Positions 47,121 to 59,318 of a DNA stretch of 64,000 nucleotides are shown piece after piece. The notes below the pieces were generated by a model. The model had not been told where the DNA came from, ran no database searches, and worked only from the letters and a program-made list of their open reading frames with translations. Positions within the stretch are counted from its first letter, which is position 1; each line of letters starts with the position of its first letter. Source of the stretch: Asterias rubens (lineage: Eukaryota); contig NC_047072.1 in NCBI RefSeq assembly GCF_902459465.1, forward strand, positions 14,260,001 to 14,324,000. The letters are read 5' to 3'. The position numbers and the translations under genes were made by a program.

Positions 47121-48535
47121 TTAATAGAATACTTTGAGAAGCTCTGCATTATTTTTATGTTTTTTTACTTTAGATTTTAATTTTTACTACTGGTGGTAAT
47201 TTGATATTTGTGGCTATCAATTTTTTATGAGGTGTTTGTTATTCTTTGTCAATTTTACTTTAATTAAGATTTCTGTAATAACCTACTATAGATATTCTGG
47301 ATTATCAAAATATTTTAATAGGATCAATTCTTCAGGACAAAACATATTTCTTGTTTGTCTAGCCAAGTTTTCCCAACTATATATTTAGCATCGTAAATTG
47401 GTGTCACCTTCCCTTAACAAAACAAATAACTGTTAAACAAGAGAGTGTATCCATTGATCTACTTATGTTTTATTGTATTTCTGACATGGTTCATCACAAA
47501 TGCAACTTACAATATTAAGCCAGAGGTGGGTGGCAAAAGCTATAGAACATTCACATGTAATAATAAATGAAGTACTCTTTCAACGAAAAGGGAACACATA
47601 TCAGGTAGTTACAAATGTCAAATGAACATACTCGAGGCAGATACACAGTCATAGATTTAGGTTTAAGTAAATATTTTCCCTCTCAAAAAGCTCTTCTTTT
47701 GATAAAGTATGATGAACCAATGTATACAAGAAGTTGTAACCAAGTATCGCTATATCCCTTGATAGCTTTGGAAGTGGCTATGACCACATTACTGGAAAAG
47801 TCTTGTATTTTATTGTCACTGAAGCCACTGGCTACAGCGAAGGACAAAGTAACGTGATTCAGCTTTTAGTCCTGCATCAGCGCTTTTGCCTCAAACCTGA
47901 TTATTGCCACTGCACCAAAAATTACTTAATTTGGTATGGTTAAGGAATATCAATGTATGCATTGATCAACGCTGTTAGTTAAAGGCAGGGAACAAAAATA
48001 GCATGTAAATTAGATACAGCAAAAGGATTATTATCAACATCAATATGAGTAATAATATTGAATAATTGGCACTTAACCATTCTAAATCCGATTTAAGACT
48101 GATCCATTAAGAACTGCTATTGATACATTGATCAATCAGCACCATAAAGGGCCAACAACTTTGAACAAAATTGCACTATTGTCAAGGAGGTAAATATTGT
48201 GGAACGGCCCATTTCTTTGCAGTTGCTGTGTTAGGCAAGGCTTAATGGATCGGTCTATAAACATGTACAGGTATATAACTATGGCTTTGATGCTGTAGTC
48301 ATTAGTTTGTACCAAATAAAAGTATAACCAAAGCCATTGCTTTAACATTAATAGCTCATATTTATACACCATTTTGATGTAATTGAAATGACGGACTATA
48401 ATATTCCTTGACACGAGGCAAACAAAGCAAAATGAGAGTTGATGTTAGAAAGCATCTCCATGGTTGTGTATGAATAAAAGTAACAGGTGCAATGAGTATG
48501 GAAAGAAGAGGGGTGACATACATTGCAGGCACCCT

Positions 48536-51500
48536 TCATGACTCTGTTGGCTTGATTGTAATTCCTTTTCGGATTTGTCCCCATCCAATCAACCTGTAAA
48601 CAACAAAACAATAAAGAACAACAATTTTAATTTAAAGTGGTACTTTTGAGCGATTACTGACATTTAATTTTTAGGCCAATTTTTTAAAATGGGCCTTTTC
48701 TGGCCAAGATTTTGGGTTATAAAAACTGCAAGGGGTTAAACTTGTTTTTAACAATTTCAGACCATTTTATTTTTGGGTCATTTAAAATTTTTTTTAGCAA
48801 TTTTGAGCCAGGATTTTGAAGTGAAAAAACTGCAAGGGGTTTAACTTATTTATTTGCGCAATTTTTGACCATTTTAATTTTGGCCCAATTTTTAAAAATA
48901 GGTTAGGAATTTGTGTTAAAAAACTGCAAGGGGTTTAACTTGTTTTTTTTAGCAATTTCAGGCCATTTATTTTTTGGCCCAAATTAAAATTTTTTTTATT
49001 TCGGGTCAGAATTTGGGGTAAAACAAAAACTGCAAGGGGTTAAACTTGTTTTGAGAAAATTTGGACCATTTTATTTGTGGCAAACTTTTCAAGTTTAGCC
49101 TTTTTTGGCCAGGATTTTGAGTTTAAAAAACTGCAAGGGGTTAAACTTGTTGTTTTGGGAAAATTCGAACCATTTTATTTTCGGGCCAATTTTTTTAAAT
49201 TGGCTTTTTGGGGCCAGGATTTTGGACCATTTTAATTTTGGCCCAACTTTAAACATTGACCTTTTCGGGCCAGGATTATGAGGGGAAAAAAATGCAAGGG
49301 GTTAAACTTGTTATTTTGACTGATTTCGGACCATTGTATTATGGGGCAAATTTTCAAAAATAGGTTTTTTTGCTAGGATTTGTGGTTATAAAAACTGCAA
49401 ACGATTTCAGACCATTTAAATTTTGGCCCAAGTTTTATAATGGGCCTTTTTGAGCCAAGATTTTTAAGTAAAAAAAAACTGCAAGGTGTGGAACTTGTCC
49501 TTTTGAGTGATTTCTGACCATTTTATTTTTCGCCCAAAATTTAAAAATGTGACTTTTTGGGCCAGGATTTTGGGTTAAATCAACTGCAAGGGGTTAAACT
49601 TGTTCTTTTGAGCAATTTAGGGCTATTTTATTTTTGGGTTAACAAAATGGCAAGTGGTTAAACTTGTAATTGATAAGGTTTTTAGCAATAATACTTGGGG
49701 ATTTTTTTTTTCAAAGTTTGTAGTGCCTTTTGGGACCAGAATTGTTTGGGTTAAAATCTAAACAGATTCAAACTTGGCCATGCTTCTGACATGACCAACT
49801 TTGATTACAAAATACACACATTTTGTTTATTATTCACGTACCTCCAATGTTTTTCTACTCGTCTGCTCAGTGCAATCTTTTCTCCAATTTCTGTGCACAC
49901 TGGATTGGTCAGCACAATTTTTGCCAAATCAGCTTTGACCGCTAGAACTCGACTACCAGTTGAGAGAGATCCAATGTTGACCATCAGGGCTTCACTTTTA
50001 CTCAATTTTTGAACCTGTGATTCAAAAGGCATCAAGATGTTCTTCACCGTAGAAACTTAAAAAAATAAGATGCTGAAACCCCTAAGCCCTAGGGCACTTT
50101 AATCTTCATGTTGGATCTGTTGACTTCAACGCACTATCGTTACCCTGACCTCTGACAATTTCATCCCCAAAACATTGCCTTGGTTCCCGTCGCAACTTTT
50201 TACGATTGCCTTGCTGCCCTTTGAAACTTCTGAAAATTGCATTGGTGCCCTAAACTTGTACAAAAATTTCCTACCCCTTTAGTATAAGGGCTGCCAGAGT
50301 ATTGGCCATATCTATAGGGCTAGGACAAAGCAACCAGATTTATTTCAGTATCGCCACTAAGATGAAACATGGAGTTTGCAACCGTTAATTTGCATCGGTT
50401 TATTTGCGGTCTGTAGACCTACCTTGGCTGCCTTCTTGTCTCCCTCTGTCCGTACACCCAGCAGACGTCGAAGCAAAAAGTATGAGATCTCCAACTCTGT
50501 ATAGATTTCTGGTAGAGCTCCTACTGCACCTAAGACCTGGCCAACAAGGCGATCAGCTCGGCACAGTGTTGGATCAATCTTGGTACCCACACCTTGATGA
50601 AAGAACAATAGGAAATTGGGTTGAATTTATTCTCACTTGGTGTATCCCAACATAAGCATAACATGCTAAACCTGTGAAAATTTGGGCTCAATAATTGGTC
50701 ATCGAATTTGCAAGAGAATAACAAAAGAAAAAACATCCTTGTTTTGTGTGCCATCAGATGCATAATAAAAGACTTCGGCTGAAGTCTTTTATTATTTGAG
50801 TGAAAATTTACCTCTTTCTCAAAATCTGTGTTCAAAAGGGAGCCGTTTCTCAAAATGTTTTATACTATCAACAGCTCTCCATTGCCTGTTACCAAGTTAG
50901 GTTTTATGCTTACAATTATTTTGAGTAATTACCAATAGCGTCCAGTTTTTGTTAAGCCAAAGTCTTCAATTTTAGCAGAGCTATAGGTTTTTGTTTACAC
51001 CTTCCAGAATACAGTGTATTGGAACTTACCAATGAGCCCACCAGGGACAGCAAACTGAAGATCATTCTTTTCAGCAAACAGTGAGATGATTTTGGAGAAT
51101 ATAGGTCTACACTGCAGCTTGCCTTCATTATCCTCAGACACAATACCAGGTCTGACTTCAATTTCTTGGCCAACCTATTCCAGAAAGATAATAAAAAAAT
51201 TAATAATACTCATATTATATTGCGCATGTATTGACCAATAAGGTGTTCGAGGTCCTTGAACAAAGAGAGGCACTTTCAAAACAGGTTTTTGAGTTATTAT
51301 GAATTACAAAACAAATTCATCACCTTGTAAGCCTTTTACAAGGTGCTGCGGCGCACTCAGCAGCCACCGCCATGAACACCAGGGGAATCACTACTTGCTT
51401 CTTTTATGTGCATTTTGCAACACACAAAACCAACGGCTCTACATCCCATCCGGAGCAATAATGGTAAAAAGTGTCTTGCTTAAGGACACACGTGTTATGA

Positions 51501-54500
51501 ACGGGACTTCAACCCACACTCAACTGACCAGAAACACCAAAGCTTGAGTGCTGTGTGCTTGAACCCTTGGCCATGACAAGCCAGATAAATATATCATTAG
51601 GGTATGTGTTGTATTCTTGGACGGGGTGAAGCAATATATCAAAGGATTTCTTAACAGCTCCAGAGATAACAATGCAAAGAGACACCTAAGAAGTACATAC
51701 CCGAAGCACCCCCCTTAGTATACTGCCTCCAGCCACGCCTCCTTTAAGGTCCTTGACTTCACTTCCTGGTTTGTTTACATCGAAAGATCGGATCACTAGA
51801 AAGAAAAAAAACAACAACATCAATTCAATATTTTCATTAACCAGTTTCTTTTAAAGATCCCATACAAGAACTCTCTTAATAGAAAAGTGCATTGAAATTA
51901 AAGAGCCAATAAAGGATGATCTCAATATGTCAACTATTACCTTTGTATGACCAAATAGACATCGCAGATACCGGTAAATAACCATTTTACTCTCAAAATT
52001 TGCATTTAGCAATAAATATCTCAGGTCAAAAATGCACCCGGCCGCGCGGCTTTTTCAGCCGAGAGTCAAAAACGGCTCATCTAATATAATGACCCTAGAC
52101 GCCAGTGATGAATTTCCCCATATTGGTTTTGAACACAGTTCTCCAGCTTTGGCGTTTCCACACCAAATAGCCGCCACTGATGTCATGATTGCTTTGTCGC
52201 GCGAGTTTGTTTGACCCCACACATTTCAGAAATTTGGCTCGGAGCATTCTGGAGAAAACCCATTTTTTACCATGTTTTAACATGACGTAAGAGACACGTT
52301 ATATTTTTTAGGTTTCCTGGATGGACTGCAGCTGTTAGAAAACTGTAATATCTATATATTTGAGATAATCCTTTATTGGCTGTTTAATTTATCCAATGAC
52401 CAGTCAAGGAACTAAGTAACAACATGTAAGGGCAACTTGGCGGCAACCAACTGCAGTGCAGTACAAAAGGAAAACATAGGTAGCACATGATGCTTACAGT
52501 GTCAAACTGACAAAATTATATGAAATTTCAAAAGTAATTGATTTTTCTTTTTGGAGTTTGCTTTGGTGTTTGCCTGTATTAACATTGACATGGACCTAAT
52601 ATTTGGTAATTTATTGTTTTGATACTGTGTATGGCACAATGGTAGCGGGCTTAGCCCATCGGGAGGTTACTATACAAAAGCTTGCTCCGAATCACATGAC
52701 CAGAATTTGACAAAGCAACTGTTTGTATAGTCTGAGGATTTTAATTTTAACTGGGAATTTGTTACTGTATCAGGCCTGTATTCGCCTAAGGCACTGGAAC
52801 TTGTGCAATTATTAGACTAATTCAAACTTTGCAAAACAACATGTCTAGCACGCTAAGAAGAGTAGTCTAAAACTGGTCTATAAAGTAATTAATAACTTTG
52901 AGTACTAACCAATTAGTCGAGGTTCAGATGTGAAGTCCCTGATAGGAATTGGGATTTTCTTTGTGATGTATTCACAGATGACTTCAATGTTGTACTTGAG
53001 CTGGGCAGAGATCGGGATGATAGGTGCACCCTCTGCTACTGTCCCTAAAAAGTTAAGATACAACTTACATATAAAAATTGAATCTTGTACTGTGGTTGTA
53101 AAAGTACTTATTTTAAAGGCAAAGTAGATATTAAGATTGTCTTCTTGAGGGAGTTTCTACAAAAACATTCAGTAAATTTTAAATTTGGACAAATATTTAA
53201 AATGTTATCCCAGTATTCCTTTGTTTTTTTGAACCGTTTGATTATGTTATTCCTATATAAATGAATGTATACAATAAAATTAACATGTGAAAAAGTTTTT
53301 GAGATATCAGCGAAAATCTTGAGTGGTTATTTCCCCGCAGGAGGAATAACCCTGATAGAAAAACACAATTTGAAGATCTAAGCGTAACACTTCTAAGATT
53401 CAAATTTTGGGGCAAACAACCTAATATCTTTTTACTTAACCGCGTAACTTCAAAGCTTTAAATAGCAAAAATTGCTGTAGGCTTCTAACCAAAATTGTTT
53501 ATTGCCATTAGTTTTAAGAGTGACTACCAAACATATATCTTCCCTCTAAGGGGGGGGTTAGATCTTAGATTACCTTGGACGAATCTGAGGATTTGGTCGT
53601 ACTGTTCCCTGGCCTGGGTCTCCTTGACCAAGTCAATCTTATTCTGTAAGATCAGTATATGCTTGAGCTTCATAATCTCAATAGCAGCGAGATGCTCAGA
53701 GGTCTGGGGCTGGGGACAGGACTCATTACCAGCTGTACAGGAAAACAAATAATGTCACATCAACATAGGCGCAAACAAATTATCAGACTAGACCCTTATA
53801 TGGATGGCGAAAAGCAATGTTGAATAACCCTAATACTATTTCTCAATGTGCGTTGTCAACCGATTGTTAATTCACAAAGATTTTATTGCAATTGAACTTC
53901 AAAACAGCTGATCCTCGAATCCATAAAAAGGACTCTTGATGGAAAGAGTATAATGTAAGGCAGAAAAAATCGTCCCAAAATGCAATTTTGCAAACTTCAC
54001 TTTTATTTTTTGTATTTTTACGTTTTGAAAATATCTTGTGTGTCATTACATATGGGCTTGTGAAAAAACCTGCGGGCGATCCAAATTTTGGTCGTATCGC
54101 GATTGAAAAAAAAAGTTATGGGAAACCCCTGCATAAGTTCAGAATGGTTGTACATTCAGGGACAAAAATTCACAAACAGTTGGAATCTCTGATTGACCAT
54201 GGAATACCAATAGTGTACCAGCTTTTAAATACCGTATTTGTGAGTAAAAAAGAAGCAATGTGTTCTTCTTACCGATAAGAAGAAGGGCTGCGTCCATTAC
54301 AGCAGCTCCGTTTAACATAGTTGCCATAAGAATGTCGTGACCGGGGCAATCAACAAAAGAAACGTGCCTGTGGTTCACCAAGAGAAGGGAAAAAACAAAA
54401 AATTTAACATACTGAATACATTTCTAGAGATGGTAAAGCATGTGTCCTGGCTGGAAAACTTATCCAATCAAATTAGGCCATTTGTACCATTCTGACGTTT

Positions 54501-57500
54501 GAGATGCTCCCTATGTGTAACTCGGTTCTTTAACATGAACAACACACAACACATGGAGGCTACAACTTTACATCTAAACTAGTGGGCGAAGCAATAATGG
54601 TTATATGTCTTGCTTGCAGTTAAAGACACTATTGGTAATTGTCAAAGACCAGTCTTTTCATTTGATGTATCTCAACATATGCATAAAATAACAAAACTGT
54701 GAAAATTTGAGCTCAATTGGCAGCCAAAGTTGCAAGAAAATAATGAAAGAAAAAAATACCCTTGTCACACAAAACTGTGTGCTTTTAGATTGTTGATTTC
54801 AAGACATCAAATTCTTAATCTGAGGTCTCAAAATCGAATTCGTGGAATATTACATCTTTCTCGAAAACCATGACACTTCATCAACCTCTCCCTATTACTC
54901 GTTACCAAGTGAGGTTTTATGCTAATAATTATTTTGAGTAATTACCAATCGTGTCCCAGGGCTCGAATTTCACGCTGGACCGCAGGCCCGAGGCCAGTGA
55001 TTTTAGCTTCGGTCCAGTAAACTTTAAGCCGAACAAGTCCGGCGGTCTTGTGTTTTTTTTTATGCATACTAATAATTATAGTTACTATTACAAATAATTA
55101 TATGAAGCATATAATATCTTTCATTAAAAAATGTATTTCAATCTCATTTAGAATAAAAGTTTTTGTTTACTTGTCGTCAAATCAGTGTTCTGAGCACGCC
55201 TGCGGAGTGTCAATCCGTCCTTTTTTCACGTGCATCAGGCTGCATACAAGTTTTCCATTCAGTTTACTCATGCCCACACATTGTACATCTAGTCTCAAAC
55301 CATTTATGTTTATGCACCCGGGGAGTGAGCGAGCGGGGACGAGGGAGTGGTGTGTTGGTACCCGGCGCGGCAGCACACCTTAGTACAGCGATGTTTGTTT
55401 ACCACTGACCATGTGTAAAGTCTGATACCTTACAAAGGAGTGTTGAATTTGCATTAAGAAGGTCTGTGTTGCATGGATTAAAAGTAAGGTCTTGTTGCCA
55501 AACGTCTTGCTAAGTATGGCTACCAACAGTGATGAGCTTCTGACTACTGCTGTCAAATTTTTGGTCAATCTTTTTATGACGATCTTTTTATGAATGCTGC
55601 ACGTTGCAGTGTTTTGTTGGTGATTTGCCTGTCAAATCAGAATTTTTTTTTTGAGGCGGGAGAATGTTGTGAAGTAGGTATATGGAACTTTATTGATTGG
55701 GTTTCACAGCAAAAAAAAGCCTCCTAAGGGATGAAAAAGGCCTGCTGTTCTATCGTGTTAATTTTTTTTTCCTAATAAAATTTTGGTCTTGTAAAAAATC
55801 TTCCGGTCCAGTAAAAATTCTGAGCAACAAGCCCTGCAGTCTTGTGGATTTTTTCCCCAAATTCGAGCCCTGTGTCCACTGCCTTTAAGGACACAAGTGT
55901 CAAGATTGGGACTCGAGCCAAAACTTTGTCGATCTGAAAAAAAGAGAGCATGAGTCCACTGCACTTGACCACGCCACACCATTGCTCATGGACACAGACG
56001 GCATGGCCTATATCCTGACATAGCCAGAACTCACATCTCATCAGCAAACTACCTCATGTAGGAATATATGCTAAGACAGCAATAACATTGTAACATAACC
56101 AAGATGATAGGTGTCGCTGTAAGAAAATAACAAAGTTTAATTATACCTTAACAGTTTGAATTTGCCGTTGCAGCCTTGTCGATCACAGAGAAATACATCT
56201 TCCTTATTGCTGCCTGCTGACCTGTAGCAACCAGGACGGGGACACGCTGGATTATCACATTTGTAGACCTGGAAAATACACCAAGATTTAAACAATCAAA
56301 ATTATGAATGTTGAGTCTTGCAAAAATCTAATCGAAATCAGTGCCATGTATTAAACATGTGTAGTGCCATGGAATTTAAGTTGCAAATTACTACATAACA
56401 GTTTTTTTTAATACTGCAAATATGAATTCTTTAATAAAATTACTGCAGTCAAGGCATACCGAGTTTAACGCTTGCTTGATTTTTTTTTACAAAGGTCACT
56501 CGGTGTGTTGTAACTAAAGACGAATGCTAAAAAATATGGCAGTTATAATAAGCATTACCAATAGTACACATTCAGAATATGGGACCATCATTGCTAAAGT
56601 GCAATCTTGGGCAGCACAGTGTATTTTGCTCAGAGTGATGGGTGAAATTTGTTAGTTCTGGGCAAGCCCGCCCGGGACCGCCCACCCACCGTGGCTACAA
56701 CATTGATCAGAGGGATTTTGGAGGACATGTCACTGTTAGTGGTAAAGAGAGAAAATAATTTTGAAGAATTGGAAGATGATAACTGTACCTTTGCATTTGC
56801 ATATCCCAGCTTAATTGTGATATTCCTGATCAGCTCATTCTTGAAGCGGACAGTCTGAACTCCAGAGATGGCTTTCACTACAGTGGACTTTCCATGAGCC
56901 ACATGACCAATAGTTCCTACAATTATAAGATTGTGTGAATTAATAATCCATGACAGATTCATAACAACGGCATATCAAAATAGATATAAGATAATCGAAT
57001 CCAAAGCAATTTCAACCGCAGGCATTTTGCATCTAATGACCCTTAGCACTGAGGTCACTTGTGGGAGTCATTTTGGGAGTCAAAGTGCGAGTACATATAG
57101 CTCCATGCTCCACCAAAGCATGTGAACTGAACCCAATCCCAGAACCACTGATAAAGGGTGTGTAGACAACGTCATTCAGACAGCGTGTCATCTAAAATGT
57201 GCCGAGCACAGTAATAAGACACAGGGAATCTGCCTCCTATAATTGATTGAAGCGATGATGTCAAATTGGAAAACAGAAAACTTGATAATGAGTACAATTA
57301 AACGGCTGGTATTTCATCTTTGACATATTTCAGGCTATTTTGTCATGTCTTTTTCGTTATTTGCGAAATCTTTGGAATGGGATATGTGCAAAAAAAATCA
57401 TAGCAAGTCGCAGAATCAAGGGGTACACACATGTACTTTTCCTCGAGGTGCTATAGTAGGAACTGTCAAAGTTTAATAAAAATTTCATCAGAACAGAAGA

Positions 57501-58331
57501 GTAAAGTGCCCCAGTTAATGGGTCTGTTTGTTTGTGCAATTAAATTTGACCGAGCCGAGAGTATTGGTTTGTACAGACAGAGCATTTTTCGATCTCAACA
57601 AACAAATACTCATAATACAACAAATTTACAAAACTATTAACAATCTTGAGAAGACAGGTCAAATTATTAACAATAATTTTTTTACTAATTTATACTAACC
57701 TATATTGATTGTGGCTTGTCGACTTATGACTTCTGGGGATAGAGGATTTAATGTGGAAGCATCCTACAAAACAAAAGAGATAACAAATAAAATATCAATA
57801 GAAACAAATTTTGAATTATATAGGCCCCTAAAGTCCTAACAATCCGACTTAATATTTAAGTTTTAATTAAATAATAAAACAGTTCAGATCACACACACAA
57901 TCAATAGACAAAAGGGCCCCGTAAACAGAAAAACTAGCTAGTCATACTCAAGAAAGGCAGGGTCGTAGCTTCAAATATTTGAGTGCCGGCCGCACAATTT
58001 ATACTTCCAGTCCAGTGTACCAATACATAAACGACAAACAAGACAAGTTGTTAGCATTTGAACATGGACAGTGGACATGACGGGCAGCGCAGAGCAGCAC
58101 AAACACTACAGAAAAAACAGTGAAGTCGGCAACTGACCGTTCTTCGTTTGGCAGGATAAAACTCCATAATATGAAAATCAAATACACAACAAAAACAAAT
58201 CATAACCGTCCAACATCTACACAAACATCATATAAAATTGTAAAATACCAAACAACAAGGAAACTTACGAGATTTTCTAAATCTTGTTTCGCCAGATGCG
58301 GGTTCGGGTTCAGCATGGGTTCGGTCGCCAT
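48536..58331 (-). CDS. EIF2S3: Eukaryotic translation initiation factor 2 subunit gamma (468 aa)
   Basis: 12 exons: 58269-58331, 57700-57763, 56789-56916, 56147-56268, 54273-54367, 53574-53732, 52910-53044, 51701-51795, 51030-51174, 50423-50592, 49842-50014, 48536-48593 (1407 nt, in phase). Motifs [64 protein letters not shown]. Confidence 0.97.
48640..49680. repeat. ~100-bp degenerate satellite array (about 10 units), same family and orientation as 46090-46640
   Basis: The core aactgcaaggggttaaactt recurs at about 48723, 48826, 48920, 49028, 49128, 49290, 49392, 49476, 49580 and 49645. Confidence 0.88.
50625..50950. mobile_element. Partial MITE family 1 in EIF2S3 intron 9
   Basis: ctcacttggtgtatc...aaacctgtgaaaattt...attaccaatagcgtccag is homologous to the other copies. 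The left TIR is missing. Confidence 0.7.
51310..51578 (-). mobile_element. tRNA-derived SINE copy (empty TTAA site at 51480-51483)
   Basis: gtgtcttgcttaaggacac..cgggacttcaacccacactc..accagaaacacc..cttggccatgaca aligns with 6240-6394. Confidence 0.75.
54500..55985 (-). mobile_element. Nested repeat: SINE > TTAA MITE family 1 (~54620-55884) > 916-bp TIR element (54957-55872)
   Basis: SINE halves flank the MITE. The MITE right TIR is split into attaccaatcgTGTCC | insert | TGTCCactgcct|ttaa. Confidence 0.85.
54957..55872. mobile_element. Non-autonomous DNA transposon with 14-bp TIR and 5-bp TSD (hAT5-like, inferred)
   Basis: TIR CAGGGCTCGAATTT...AAATTCGAGCCCTG, with TGTCC duplicated at 54952-54956 and 55873-55877. 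No transposase ORF. Confidence 0.8.
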
Positions 58332-58552
58332 CTTGACTGATGAAATATCAAGCTCGTTCACGAAATTGTGATTTCTAAAGTATAAAATTAAAAAGATTCT
58401 GTACTACATGTTCAATAAAATATACATTAAAAATATAAATTACTAAAAAAAACATTACTCTTGACACATAATTCAACCAATTTATTTAATTAAACACTTT
58501 TTTATTAATTTGTTTTAAATGTGTAATGAACTGCATTATGTTCAACTTAGAA

Positions 58553-58562
58553 GGGGCGGGGC
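58553..58562. promoter_or_regulatory. GC box in the EIF2S3/caspase divergent promoter
   Basis: GGGGCGGGGC lies 220 bp upstream of the EIF2S3 ATG, at the start of a CpG-richer patch. Confidence 0.45.
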
Positions 58563-58868
58563 GACTGTCGAAAGGCAGGGGGGCGACAAAGTAAAGGAAC
58601 AGTATCACACAGCGCCAAGGTTTAAAGTAGAAGAGTGGCGACAGAGAGTGGTGTGGGAAGGGCTAAATCTTTATTATAAAGTTGAAACGGGAACATTTTC
58701 AAGTGACTTTCAGCCATATGCCCGCCGTGGGGGCAGCCGGACCGTCACTCTATGATCAGGTAACAAGCTATCTTGAACGAAGTTAATACCCAACCTAAAA
58801 TGTAAAGAATTCCTAAGATTCCAACACACAATGAAGACAAATAGGAGGGTACATATAACAAGAGCACA

Positions 58869-58958
58869 ACATGTACTAGAAACCGTGCCAAGCGGCCCTT
58901 CCCACACCGTATCATACATGTACTAGAAACCGTGCCAAGCGGCCCTTCCCACCGTATC
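58869..58958. repeat. ~47-bp tandem duplication
   Basis: acatgtactagaaaccgtgccaagcggcccttccca(ca)ccgtatca occurs twice. Confidence 0.85.
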
Positions 58959-59318
58959 AGACAGTCATGTACATGCCTCCATGCACACTACACGAGTTTG
59001 ATGAAAATCGACGGGGAATAAAACCATCATAAAAAACCTACACAAAAATATATTTTGTTTAATGGTCTTTGCTTCAGATAAAAAAGAATAACAAGTCACG
59101 TATACTGTAAATAAATGACACATCGACTGACTAGCTACGGGTATACCAGCAATAATTGAGTATCCCTGCATTCCGTTATGTGGCAATCTTGCTTTCGATC
59201 GGACATTGCTTTCATTTTTATTTAAGAGGTCAACTTAATCAAACCTAATTTTTCGGAAAATCCAGCTGCATTTAAAATTCCTACTCAAGTACAAACTATA
59301 GTTTCTATTGAAGTAGAA

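Noticed and set aside
54368-57699. Nested Su(var)3-9 exon as found in insect eIF2-gamma loci
   Set aside because: No chromodomain or SET-domain ORF is present in any EIF2S3 intron; the introns hold repeats only.
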